Part shown: piece after piece, positions 10,458 to 22,928 of the stretch
Layout of the letters: every line of letters starts with the position of its first letter
Numbering within the stretch: position 1 is the first letter of the stretch
DNA from: Toensbergia leucococca
Lineage: Eukaryota
NCBI GenBank assembly: GCA_022813965.1
Contig: JALDZS010000030.1
Location: 124,001-166,296 of the forward strand
Direction: 5' to 3'
Length of the DNA stretch: 42,296 nt
Notes under the pieces: model-generated
Databases searched by the model: none
Seen by the model: only the letters and a program-made list of their open reading frames with translations
Told to the model about the DNA's origin: nothing
Translations under genes and position numbers: made by a program

Positions 10458-10542
10458 GTCACAGAATCGAATGCTCAGCTGGCCACCGTAGAATTCCCGC
10501 TGAAACAGCAGCAGTGGGGGGTGGCAGTTGAGCTTCTGTGAT
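10458..10542 (+). other. Intergenic imperfect inverted repeat / long hairpin (~29 bp), candidate structured RNA element
   Basis: Arms: TCACAGAA/TTCTGTGA, GCTCAGCT/AGTTGAGC, GCCACC/GGTGGC, CCCGCTG/CAGTGGG. Confidence 0.6.
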
Positions 10543-10822
10543 AATGTCACCTTGAATTCTCTATTCACGTTGATACTCCGTAGGTAGGAGGAATTTAGAA
10601 GCTAATAGAATTGCCATAAGGTAGCCCATCTCACAATGTACTCGTACACTGATCCTGCAATCCCGAGCAGTAGCTTAGGTTCTTATGTAAACCCTCATAT
10701 CACCTTCTCAACATAGATCATGTTGTCAGACAATGTGTCTCTCAAATGCTTCTTAAATAATAGGCGCGTCTGGAACTACTTAGGACTATCTCAACCTACT
10801 AAGCTCCAATACACATACTCCT

Positions 10823-12456
10823 TTAGCTGCTAGAAGCATCGCCTTCACTTTCCTCCGCCGTAACGGTGGATTGATCAGAGGATTGATCAGCTCCATCTTG
10901 ATGTACAGTATCTCGCATGTCTGACTGGCTACTCATAATAAAGGCTTTGAGACAAGTTATCCGGTTGCTTGTTTCGTAAATGCCTAACAATCGTCCGATT
11001 TTACGCACTTTCTTTGACTCCGCAGCTTGGTGGCCCGTGTCGCTCCCATTAACGTTTGGTGAATGGCCAGGTTCTTTACTTCCGGACTCAGTTGATTGAT
11101 GAGTCTTCGCCAGGAGTTCTGCCTCATCAAGCGTCCATACGTGTATAGTACCACCACTACTGCCTGTGATAATGAACAAGCTGACATCAGAGCCATCGAG
11201 CGAGGGTGCTTTCAGTATTTCAAAATCCTTGATACGGCTCTTTAAGCCTTCAGTTGTGCCTCCCATTTGACCAATAGGTTTGCAAGCGGGGACCGCGTTT
11301 TTGAGATCTGGAACTTTCGATACATCTGCGGTTGGGTAGAACAGAATCTGGCCATTTTCTGTGGACAGCGCTAAGACTCGGGAAGTTTCATGTTTTTTCT
11401 CATTTAATGCTACGAAGTGCATTTGATGTATCTTAGTTGATGGCGAAGGCAGAATCCGGCATTTAGGTTTGGAGTCCTGCATTACTTTGTCAGCATCTAT
11501 AAATGAAGACTCGGAAGGAGAGATAGCAGAAATACCATGCCAAACACCACTGCACCCCTTTCGAAGCCCACCACAAATTCTTCACCGTCGCTATTCCATT
11601 CCACTTTTCGCCCTTCCCCACTACCCCATTTTCCCTCACCAATACTTCGCAGCAACTCCTTCTCGAAATTCAATACGCCGGCCTTTTTCCCGGTGACGAG
11701 ATTCCATAGTCGCATGCACTTTTCACCCTTCCCTACACTCACCATAAGCTTCATACTGGGATGGACTGCAAAGTCATTAACGCCGGCGGGAGCGAGCCCT
11801 GGAGGCGCAGTGTCTCCACTAGGACGTCCATGTGCTTTCGGTGTAGGCGCCTTAATGGTCGAAAGTACTGTCCAATCCCGCGTACGAGTAAACGCTAGTG
11901 TATTATCCTCTGCCGCTGATAGAAGCTTAGAGCGAGTAGGAAAATACAGAGCACTTATGGTTGAAGAGTGGTGAAGAAGAGAACCTAGCTCCCGATTTCG
12001 AGGATTTTCTTTGATTCGATTGCCAGCCAGTGTAGGAATCAGGGGTCCTTTGTCGCTCTCCAATGGTGGAGGTGAGGTAGAGATGTGGTATAGGTTAATT
12101 CTCTCATCTGTACTACCACTGGCGAGTATGATTTTCTGATTCTGGGAAGGGTCCGAGGAGGACGGAGGTGAGAGAGCAAGACATCGTATAGCTGAACCGT
12201 GAGCATTGAAGAGAAATGTATCTGCAAAGTCAACCCCAAGCTCGGTCTTAGAGACGTCACTAGTGCTTTGGAAGATAGTCGCTGTGACACCGTGCAGGAC
12301 TTTCTCATATGAACCGACTATGATTTGGAGGATAGTAGGCAGAGAAACATTTGATGATGCGAGGTGAGTCTCCAACCTTGGAATTTTCGATATTTGCCCG
12401 TGTGCGCCATTTGATGACATATTTTCACCTTCCACTCCTCGTTTTCTCTTCGCCAT
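10823..12456 (-). CDS. MAK11: WD40 60S biogenesis factor Mak11 (PAK1IP1). Exons 12456-11536 and 11476-10823
   Basis: Motifs QIIVGSYEKVLHG, FLFNAHGSAIRCLA, LASGSTDERINLY, VNDFAVHPSMKLMVSVG, RLWNLVTGKKA, SRIKDF and RITCL. Intron 11535-11477. Confidence 0.87.
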
Positions 12457-12823
12457 TGTGATTTGTCAGCACAAGATAGCTCTATTGTGCAAAGTAACTG
12501 GAATTGTAAATATCATCTGTAGCATTTCTATTGTTGTAAAATCCTCCCCATTGATTGTCTCCGATGCGTGGTATGTAAGCGAATATTCTACCTCATGCCT
12601 TCGAAATAACGTTGTTGTACGGAGTACCTTAATTTCTACGAGACTCCTAGGACGAACTTATTATTGATCGAATCACGACGACATCATCAAATTTCATCGA
12701 ATCATCCCTTCTCCCGCTCAACTCATGAATCATAAATGGTAGACTTCGTCGCTTTCCGCGCGATCTACGGATGTTGCCTCGTAATTTCCTAAACGCTACT
12801 TTGCGTGGTCGCGATACCTACCG

Positions 12824-15800
12824 ATGTCAAAACACAATGAGCTCAAGTGGGTTTAAAATCCTTCCAGTGGTCTTAGATCGTTGTCGGAAACTTTGCGAAC
12901 AAAATAAATCGCTGATTGTATTATTTCAGTCGCTGTATAACGTCGCGCAAGCGGAAGCTCCAAGAATTATACCATGCGACCGTAAGCTTCAGTGGCGGAA
13001 TTACCCACAATAATGGAGAGACAATCTTTTTGGAGACAAACAACATTTTAGAGTATGCATGTGCATCGAGGCACTCCATGACTCTAAAAGTATACCTTGA
13101 GGCTAATGTCTGAGTGCAGAGGCCGGTTCTTCGATGCATCCACACTCCCACCAGTACTGCCCTCGACCTTTGCCAGCAGGACCGGCCCAACAGCTCAACA
13201 ATCATCACATACGCATCAGAATTTAGCATCAGGGGAAGAGAGCAAGGCTCGTTTGCAGTTTGGTGGAGAGAACAGCACAGGACCAAATGGCACCAGTGGA
13301 TTGCAAGAAAAGTCTACGACTACCGCCAACGCATTCGCAACAAGTACGGCCAATCCTTGGTCTTCAAATGGAATCGCACCTTTGTCAACATCGGCCAACA
13401 CATCATCCACCGGCGTACAGGCAGACTTATCTCTGGCGCAGCCGCAACCATCAGTCATCTACGACTCGACGAAGAGCCATGAGACCAAGCAGCCGCCTCA
13501 GAACCCAACCTATGTCGCTCTCCCCAAAGTGCTTACGGGCAGCTTCGAGGTGAAGTCTCAGGCAGCAAGCCCCTACGAGGATACTAGTATTGCTCCATCG
13601 AAGGTGTTACCGTTCTCATCTGATGATGCTATTTCATTATCTTTTTCAGGAGTAAAACCAGTCGAGCCTGAACAACATTTATCACCGGCCCATACAATCC
13701 GTCTTCCTCCGAAAGAAGCTCAAGAACGCCAACTAGAGAAGCTTGACCATGAACAGTCTGGTGGCTCCCAGCAGCAATCAAAAGCCCTCGGCGAAGAGAG
13801 TGAGAAGACTTCGAGAGACACTATCCAAAGACAAGCAAGTCCAGAAGAAAGAAGTACTCATAAAATCACGATTGCCGAAAACCAGTCAAAGCACGCCGCT
13901 AATAGAGACGTGAGTTCAAGCCTGTCAGATTCAAGTCATGTAGAAGCCTCCTCAATTCAAGATGCTGGCTACTCCAGCGACCGTGAAAGTGGTAAACAAC
14001 ATAAAGATCTCCTCAGGCAGGCATTTCAAGTTGCAAGTGAGTCCGTTTTTGCGGGAGTCCCATCGACCCCTGATGAGCAGCTACGACTTGAAGAGGCCCA
14101 GTCTGTGCACTTATCCAAATCCTCTTCGTCTTTCTCCAAAGACCGGCCTTACGATGGAATCAACGCACCTGCAGTGGAGGTTTTAGCTAGCGCGCCTCCT
14201 CAATTCGCTCGGAATGCCAAGGACGCAGAAAATGAAGTTGTGGGTGACTTAATCTCAAAGGATGCACTAGACTCGAGACAGGCTGAAAAGCTACTTGATG
14301 AAGTTGGCGACAACGATGTACACAATATGGAATCCGCCCGAGTGATACAAGACCGCAGGTTACCCGGCATGACTGGAGATCTATCCAAAGACTTGACTTT
14401 GAGCCAAAGACCGCCGATGCATATTGATAACGGCTCTGCAGCAGCGACTGACTCGGTTGAGCCGAACCTTGGTAGGAAAAGCATCACGCAGAGCGCAGCA
14501 ACCCCTTTAACCCTTGTGAGTTCTTCAATATCCACTAAATTGGGCCCTCCCATCGGACACACCCAGTCGCCACCCGAGCGGATGACCACAAGGGTATCTT
14601 CTGGGGCCCTTCGACACAAGTCTGTTTCTGAAATCCTCGGCGAAACTCCTAAATCTACTACTTATCAAGCCGATAGAAATCCTCTTGGGAGAGACATCAG
14701 TGAAATCCACAGGGATAATTTGCCCTTGCAATCCCCAAAATCTGTTTCGTCGGCCGCTGCCACTGATTCGATGGCTTTTAAATTACGTCTGAACGAACTC
14801 AAGGAAAAAGAGAAAGATAGAAGTAAGCTATCAACAGTAGTATTTGCTCGGCAACAGCCTTCCAATGAATCACGTTATTCGGAATCCGAACACGTTCGAC
14901 GGCCAGACCTATGTGATTTCAAATCTGAAGAGCGAGACTATCTTCTTCCTCTGTTTGCCATGCAAGCAGTATCCCCACCGCAGTCGCAGGGGCTAAATGC
15001 TCTCCTTGCGTCCGCTCACAAGACCTTGACTACTTCGAATCACTACACGGACTTTCATGAGCAGCAAGACTGTCGTGTGTTGAAGCGGATATACGCCTTG
15101 CAAAATTCCAATCGTTGGTCTCTTCGGCAAATTGAAAGATCCATAGAACCAACTAGACCAACAACCCACTGGGATGTCTTGATGAGTCATATGAAATGGA
15201 TGCGAACAGATTTCAGGGAGGAAAGAAAATGGAAAATCACCGCCGCAAAGAGCATGGCGGATTGGTGTGCTGAATGGGTTGCAAGCCCTAGAGAAGGAAG
15301 GAGCTCTTTACAAATTAAGACTCGAAACTCATCTGCCAAGGGTTCATCCAAATCAACCTCAGAAGCTACACCTGATTTGGTCCCATCCACGGAAGACGAT
15401 TCCAGTGATGCCATGGACGAGGACTCGCCTCATATGACTGTTTCTCACGTTAGCGCCCCGGCAGCAATCTTCTCTTTCGCGCCAGAAGACGTTTTCTTTA
15501 GTCTTAATAAGACGCCTGCAACGGAAAAACTGCTCTCTGAGCTGCCTTTGTACCAACCATCCACTGAAGTCCAAGACGCTATGGTCCGTTGTACCAATCA
15601 GTCACCTGACGTAGCTTGGAGAACCCCGATTATCCCTCTTTCCAGATTTGCGCTGGGTAAGATGGTAACACGAGAACAGGGCCCCGTACGAAAAAGGAGC
15701 CGTTACGCTTACGATGAAGTTGACGAGATCGAACAATCATCTCTGCACCAGCAATATCGTACTTTAGAGCAATGCTTGGATGCTGAACCGCCTGAGCAAA

Positions 15801-17751
15801 ATAACGTTGCTTTGTTCAATCCAGAGAACAAGCACATACGTGATCGAATACATGCCGGACACGCTTTCAGGCCCCCATCCGAATTCAACATGCCATCTCA
15901 GAGCTTCTTTGAATCTCGTCAGTCTTCGCAATGGACATGGTACGAGGAAGATGAGCTGCGAAGACTTGTAAGGGAGTACGCTTACAACTGGTCTCTGATT
16001 TCCAGCTGCCTGTCTTCTCCGTCCATCTTCTCATCTGGTGCCGAGCGGCGGACTCCATGGGAGTGTTTCGAGCGATGGGTGGATTTGGAAAACCTTCCCA
16101 CAGAAATGAACAATACTCAGTACTTCAAAACCTACCATTCAAGGATGCAGGCTGCGCAAAACACTCTCAAAGCCCAATTGGCACAACAACATCACGGCAA
16201 CAATATACCGCCGATGCTGAACCGCCGAATCCTCGCAGTCCCGGTCCGGGTAGACCGCCGGAAGAATAATAAGTATCTTGCAATCGTTGACGCAATGCGC
16301 AAATTAGCAAAAAAACGGGAAACTGCCATTCAAAAGCAGCAGCATGGTATGTTTGCGCCGATATTCCAAGCCATGCTTTTAATCTACGTGCCTCGAGATG
16401 TGTACTTGTGCGCTGACTGTTATCAGTTGCCGGTTTAGCTGCATTGAGAAAGGCGAATGAAGCGGTACAACCTAGGCCGCCCATGCATACTCCCCGAGAC
16501 TTCAGTCGCCTGAAGTACGAGCGCGAGTGTAAAAGGCAGGAAATAGCCGAGGCGTATCGTCAGCAAATCCTTCAACAGCAAAAGGTAGATTGACACATTC
16601 CTCAGATCCCCATAACTAATTGCATGAGTGATTGTATATGTATCTCTTGACTGTGCGAGGACATATTTGTTTAATCACCAGCTAATCTTTACAAGGCCGC
16701 CATGCAACAAAAGGCCAACCAACAAGCTGGGCAGCAACAAGCTGGGTCCTCCACCATGCAAGCGACTCGCAATGCTACGCCTGGTGCGACCAATAGCAAT
16801 AGTCCAGTTGTTGGTTCCTCTCTGCCGACCAGCCAAATACCCCTTGGTTACCCAAATCAGATGCGACCTGTACCGTCATTACCAAAGCTTGCGAATGTTC
16901 CTTCTCTGGGAAACGGAGCTCCATCATCAAATGCTCAAATGGGCACAAATCTTGTGCCGCAAGCTCCAATGCAGCCGCAAATGCAGGGGCCGCAGCGTAT
17001 ACCACCACAGATGGGGTCCGACAGCATGCGCGTTTATCAAGAAGCTGCTCGCGTCCAGCAAGATCAACAGCGGTTTCTGCAACAGCAACGTCAGCAGCAG
17101 CAGCATACCCAGCCCAACGGCCTATCTGGTACTTCTGGTTCCCCGAATATGCCGAATCTGAATCTCCTGCCCCACGGTAACTCTGGAGTGCTTGCAAACG
17201 TCCAGGCTACCAACGGACTAGGAAGTCCTTCTACGAATGGTGTATTGGGTCCAGTCGGATCTACGTCTCCTCCACGAATGCCACACTCTTCACAGCCACA
17301 GCCGCTCTCCAGTGGCATGGTACCAGCTGTAAATCATATCTCAACCGAAATGAAAGCACGTCATCCTCAAGCAAGTCCGGAGCAGATCACGAAAATGACT
17401 ACCGAACACCTTACCAATCAATATCGAGTAAGCCGTGCTGCTCAAGCTGCGATGCAAGCCGCAGCCGGAGGAAATGCTATCGCCGTTGCGAACAATAATC
17501 TCCAGGCTCCCCAACAGCAAGCGATGAATGGAGTGAACCACACCAGTCCATTGACGAACCCTCAAGTGTACGCCCAAATGCTAAGATCGCAACAATCGAG
17601 CCAGCAAAATCGAAGTGCAGGCAACGGCTTGAATGGAGGAAGGACAGGCAGTGGAAGTGCCACGCCCCAAGCAAATCGGAGTGGTAGCACTCAAGGCGGC
17701 TTAAGTCAAAGTCCCAGGCCATCTCAGGTTCAAATGGCAGGGGGACAGTGA
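12824..17751 (+). CDS. EAF1: NuA4 scaffold Eaf1/Vid21 (HSA and SANT/Myb domains, Q-rich tail). Exons 12824?-12846, 12930-13052, 13120-16346, 16427-16584, 16696-17751; start codon uncertain
   Basis: N-terminal SRKRKLQELY..FLETNNILEGRFF; HSA motif RWSLRQ..HWDVLMSHMKWMRTDFREERKWK; SANT motif WTWYEEDELRRLVREYAYNWSLIS..ERRTPWECFERW. Introns join in phase. Confidence 0.93.
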
Positions 17752-18168
17752 TGTCGTTGGACGACAGATTTTTCAAATATGAATGTATATATTACAGCTT
17801 TTAAGCAGCAGCGGCTAGAGCCCAGCACCAAGGTGCTTTTGATGTCTACTATTGTTCCATTTCCAGCGGCTGCATCAACACCTTGTATCTATGTCGTGTT
17901 AGTGCCTGCGTGTGGGACATTACCTTGGCTCCTTACGGATAAGGTATCGAGGTATCGTAGTACGGATATCGTAGTAGGTACGCACCGAGGCACCTACCGA
18001 GCGTGCCGAGGTACGGAGTACCTAGAGCACAAAGTTGTTACCCGACGTCATCACTGCACGTGCCCCAAAGCAGACTAGCGTTACCTTCAAAGAACATCAC
18101 CTACCTACCTACTCCGTAATATTCGAGGAAAATAGCCAAAGTGCCCTTTCTTTACACATTCGATAATC

Positions 18169-19605
18169 ATGCCATCCGCAAGTCCTACACCTCTTCTTTC
18201 TCATCCCCCTCACAAACCCTTCTCCATCTCTCTTGCCTCCAAATCCAAATTCACTCCAAAAGCGAGCGTTCAATCTCTTAACCCAAAAAAGCGACCACGT
18301 TCATCATTTGCTGATTCCGAAGACTCCGATGAAGAAAGCAAAGCACAGCCCCTACTGGTCTCGGCCTTTGATCATTCTGCCGGAGGTGCCATCGGTATCA
18401 ACGGGGTGGAAAAACCCAAAGCGGCACTTGTAATCAATGGCCCTAAAAACCGAGACTGGCAGGAAGAAAGCCGGAGGAAGAAAGGAAAGAGCCTTTTACC
18501 GGCGGAGGTGCAGGCTACGCGGGCAGGAGAGCCTGTTAGCAGTAAGGAGATGGAGATAATGCGCGAATCGCCTCAGGCTTATGGGTTGACCTTTGTGAAT
18601 ACTGAGATGAAAGATGCGAGCGGGGATGCAATAATGAGGAGCAAAACACTAAAACTAGAGGTACGAGAACATCAGGTGGGCAAAATGAAGACAGAGGATG
18701 ATGAGGCATTGGAGGCATTAATTGGTGATGGGAAAAACAAGTCCGACCTAGTCCTACCAGCTGTTGTTACAGACGAAGGGGACATGTGGAATGGAAGGGC
18801 TGCTGGGGTAGGATCAAATGAGGATTATGCTTTTCGCACAGACGTGGCTTCGAGGCCAGATCCGACGAGCTTAGATGGTTACGCTGCGGTACCGGTTGAA
18901 GAATTTGGTGCGGCCCTTCTGAGAGGCATGGGATGGAAAGAGGGTGATGTAGTTGGGAAGCGGAAAAATCAGGTTGCTAAGCTTAGGGTTTTGGAGAAAC
19001 GGCCTGCATTGTTAGGACTTGGCGCGAAAGAGGTGCCTCTGGATGTTACAGACGAGCCTGGAGCTTGGGGAAAGGCCACTAGGGGGAAGAGGAAAATTGA
19101 TTTACCATACAATCCAGTGCTGCTAAAGAATGCGACTACGGGCGAGACATTAACCGAAGAGGAGTTGGAGAGGAAGAAGAAGGATCAGGCTCGGCAGGAA
19201 GAAGATTGGCGGAAAAGGAGGGATAAAAATCTTGAAATCGACGAGGATAGGAAAAACGGAAGGAAACATCGTGATAAGAAGCGATCTCACTCCGAAAGTC
19301 GGCATAACTCCTCAAGACGAGAGAGAAGCAGGTCTTCCGAGTCACGACATCACAGCCGTCGAACAGCCAATGACGATTACAATTATGAAAAAAGATCTTC
19401 TTCGAGGCGAGAGCGAAGCAAGTCCTCCGAGCGACGACGCCATAGCCTGCGGACAGATCTGGATGACGGTAATGGTGGTCACGGCAGCCGTCGAAGAGAT
19501 CGAGATTTTCGGCCTCGGGACGAATCAGGATCATTAAGGGACGACTACAGACACAATGACGATGATGAATACACTCGACGACGAAAAAAGCCGGATTCTG
19601 CATAG
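18169..19605 (+). CDS. SPP2: G-patch pre-mRNA splicing factor Spp2 (GPKOW-like), intronless, with an RS/RD-rich tail
   Basis: 478-aa ORF with the Spp2-type G-patch YAAVPVEEFGAALLRGMGWKEG..RPALLGLGAK. Confidence 0.85.
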   Translation: MPSASPTPLLSHPPHKPFSISLASKSKFTPKASVQSLNPKKRPRSSFADSEDSDEESKAQPLLVSAFDHSAGGAIGINGVEKPKAALVINGPKNRDWQEESRRKKGKSLLPAEVQATRAGEPVSSKEMEIMRESPQAYGLTFVNTEMKDASGDAIMRSKTLKLEVREHQVGKMKTEDDEALEALIGDGKNKSDLVLPAVVTDEGDMWNGRAAGVGSNEDYAFRTDVASRPDPTSLDGYAAVPVEEFGAALLRGMGWKEGDVVGKRKNQVAKLRVLEKRPALLGLGAKEVPLDVTDEPGAWGKATRGKRKIDLPYNPVLLKNATTGETLTEEELERKKKDQARQEEDWRKRRDKNLEIDEDRKNGRKHRDKKRSHSESRHNSSRRERSRSSESRHHSRRTANDDYNYEKRSSSRRERSKSSERRRHSLRTDLDDGNGGHGSRRRDRDFRPRDESGSLRDDYRHNDDDEYTRRRKKPDSA

Positions 19606-19745
19606 GCGGATGGAGATTTCAGGAATGATTACACGCATTGGATACTACCTATTAAAATATACCAAGTCCGAGGTCGTATCACCTCCTCATGCCGGGCAAT
19701 CACCGATTGGCTGCTTCTCTGCTCCTTTTAAGCCGATGATTACAC

Positions 19746-22583
19746 TCATACCATAATGATATCTCCTCCACGACCATCCACTTGCTCGCCTACATGGCTC
19801 ACCTCCTCCATTTCCCTCAGCGTATACTCAACGATATAACTCTCGTCCACCAATTCCTCCACCCGTCTGTAATGCCTCTCGGTATAGGCCTTCAATCCTT
19901 CCAACACCTCCTTCCACCCTCTACCCTTCAATGCCGCCAACCGTGCCGCCGGATACAACCTTACTATCACTCCCAACACTCGTTGTGCTACGACCGCCGT
20001 ACGTACGTTGGTGTTCCAATCCCTCACCCTGCCTAGCAATACTAAAAGCTGCTCGTCCGCCAAACCCGCTAGCACCTCATCCACAGCCTTCAGCCCAGAC
20101 AACGAGCCCTCTTCCGGCGGCTGTGTATCCACCACTTTCTGCAGCAGTGCCAGCAGCCTCGCTGGATGGTTCAATTGAAGAGCTAGCGTGATTGCCTCGC
20201 GATAATTCCCCCGATGAACATAATTCTGCAGCAGCTGCTCCTGCTCGACCTGCGCCGTCGATGCCGCAGCTGTGGCGGCAAGGGTTAGAGAAGTTGTGTC
20301 TTTCCAGAAGGTGACGGTACTGTCGCCGCCGCCGGAGACGAGAGTATTGGACTCAGGATTTACGGTCAGCGCCCACACTCGGTCGGTGTGGTTGTCTAGC
20401 GTGCAAGACACCTCGCCGGCACTGGCGTCCCAGACCTTGACGAGGCCGTCGCCGCCGGCGCTGACGATTTGAATGGTGTTACGTTTAGGTGCCGAGGCTG
20501 CTTCGGAGTCGTTGGATGGGCGGACAGGTATCCACAAGACTTTGAGTACGCTATTCGTGTGACCTTCTAGAGTACGGAGGCAGCTATAATCGGTGAGACT
20601 CCATATTTTGACGGTCTTGTCGCCGCTACCTGTGAGGATTAGACCACGACTGGAGCTTGCAGGCCCATTGTCCCCAGTTATGGTCGGCGTGTCTCTTGGA
20701 GCGAATTTGACGGACCAAACGCCGCGGCGGTGGCCACGCAAGACGCCTTGGACTTCTCCCTCTTCGGCAGACCAGATCTTGACGGTGCGGTCTTGGGAAG
20801 CGGAGGCGAAGAGATTTGAATTGTGGTTCGTGGAGATGGCGTTGATGTCTTTCTCATGGGCTTTACGAGTGTACATAGCTCTAGGACTCTTCTTCTCGGA
20901 TTTTGAGGAACGGCTCTTGGAGATATCCCATCTTTTGATTGTGCGATCCTGGGAGCCGGTTAGGAGGAACGAAGGCGCATGGCTAAGAGGATCGGTGTAT
21001 GCTGCTGACCCAATAGGGGGAGGCGTGCATGATAATGAGATGGCACCTAGGGATTCCGCATGTCCAGTGAAGGTAGTGACGCATTTGTAGGTACTGGTGG
21101 CGTGGTCTATTCGCCATAGGCGTGCTGTGTTGTCTTTGGCGCCGGTAGCAAGCCAGCAGCCAGACCAGTCCACGTCGAGGCAAATGATGATGTCTTTATG
21201 ACCACGGAGGAGTGCGACATCGGCTCCAAAATAATTGGAATCGGCTGTTGAAGACTGAACCGTACCTTCTGAATTAAGAGAAACCAGGCGTATGTCTTCC
21301 GAGTTCGTAGCTAATGCTAGGAGAGTACGCTCAGGCGCCACATAAGCAAGGTCGATAATCTCATCATGCGTGCCTGAAATCCGTCGGAGCGTGGGCAGAG
21401 GCTCAATGGTAGCCCCGGGGGTGATGTTAGAGACTGGTGATGTTGAATGAAGAATTAATGTCTGGTCTGCATGTATACATAGGAGGACTTCTAGATTGGC
21501 ATTTTGCAGTACATGGACAATTCCATCGCCCTCGTTCCCAACATCCTGCTCTTGCGTGATCTCCCTTCCGCTCTGCGTCTCCCATATTCGCAGCCTTCCA
21601 TTCTCCCCTCCAGTGTAGATGAGCGTACCCGTTTCAAGGAACCCCACGCTTTCTAGTCCTTCCAAGACAGGAAAGACTTTTTTCACCTTCCAGCTACGCG
21701 CGTCCCACAGAATTGCTGTCTTGTCTCGACTTGCAGATACTAGGGTGCTTTCTTCGACCGAGAAATCGAGACTTCGAACGACAGAAACGTGAGAATCCAG
21801 TGTTGAAATCGACTTGCGTTTTTCGAGATCCCAGATGCGAATTTTGCCATCCTCACTTCCAGAGGCCAATCGGAATAATGTACTCTTGGTATCGCCGTTG
21901 GCTTCACCTTCGAGATGGTTTAGTTCCTGTGACTCCTTTCTCTTACGTTTTGAGATTAATTCCGGCCCTAATCGGGACTTCGTAGGTTGGAAGAAGTGCA
22001 AGGCAGAGATGACCCCAGCATGACCTCGAAAGGTGTGTGTCAAGTATGCAGCTTTGATATCCCATATCTTGATAACTCCGTCTGCGCCACCAGTTGCAAC
22101 TAAAGTGCCTGTTTTGTCTATCGCGGTCGTGATGACCGGGGTAGTATGAGGCTTTAATGTCTTTATTAGGGTTGGATATATCAGACGTGAACCGTCTTCA
22201 GAAAGCTGCAAAGCATATATCCTCATAGATAGCGAGCGCGAGCATGTAATCAGGTATAATGCCGTAGGTGTGACTTGAGTACTATCTCAGCAAGGTTTCT
22301 TGAGCCTCGATGAATCGAGACTTACTGGAGAGCGTGGTCAAAATTTCGCCATCCTGAACTTTTCTTCAGCAAGCTAACATAGGGATTTCATTCGTCGTGG
22401 ACTTACACCCTCAATGCGTGCCAAGAATTGGCCAGTCCTAAGGTCTGTAAGCAGTGCATCTTCACCCAAGCATGTTGCCAGGATTCGACCGTCCTGGTCA
22501 AGAGCGACATGGCCCCCAGTATAAATTGGTTGTATCACTCTCTCAACATCATAGGTGATGGCATGGCTTGTTTTGAAGGACAT
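19746..22583 (-). CDS. UTP13: SSU processome WD40 protein Utp13 (TBL3). Exons 22583-22407, 22353-22326, 22273-19746
   Basis: N-terminal IQPIYTGG, many WD40 repeats, and the C-terminal Utp13 domain VEQEQLLQNY..ALQLNHPARLL..RDWNTN..AYTERHYRR..SYIVEYTLREM. Confidence 0.93.
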
Positions 22584-22928
22584 CTGCTTCAAGACCCAGG
22601 GACTGTAAGTGCTGAACTGCTCATTCAAGTTCGGATGAAAAGATAAGATCTAGAACAGGGTTTCAGCCCTGTGCCATGGGGCATAAGGTAGGTCTGTGCG
22701 CTGATGCATTAGCGCCAACATCTATCCGTCCCTAGTGGGCTAGTGTCTCGGCTAGATTGTGCAGGTCAGGCTTACCTCCACCATCACGGACAAGTGTGAG
22801 AAACCACTCTCCACCTTCAGTATGTAGAATACGGAGCTACGAGGTACAACATGCCTCTCGAGCGTTGTCTAACACCTAGGCTAGCTGTCTAGGTGTACCT
22901 TGGTATCTACTCAACGCCTAAAGTAAGG

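Noticed and set aside
16585..16695. Possible twin intron (stwintron) in the 111-nt EAF1 intron, suggested by an internal ACTAAT
   Set aside because: It needs a GAG acceptor, and two-step splicing would frameshift. The single intron keeps the frame.
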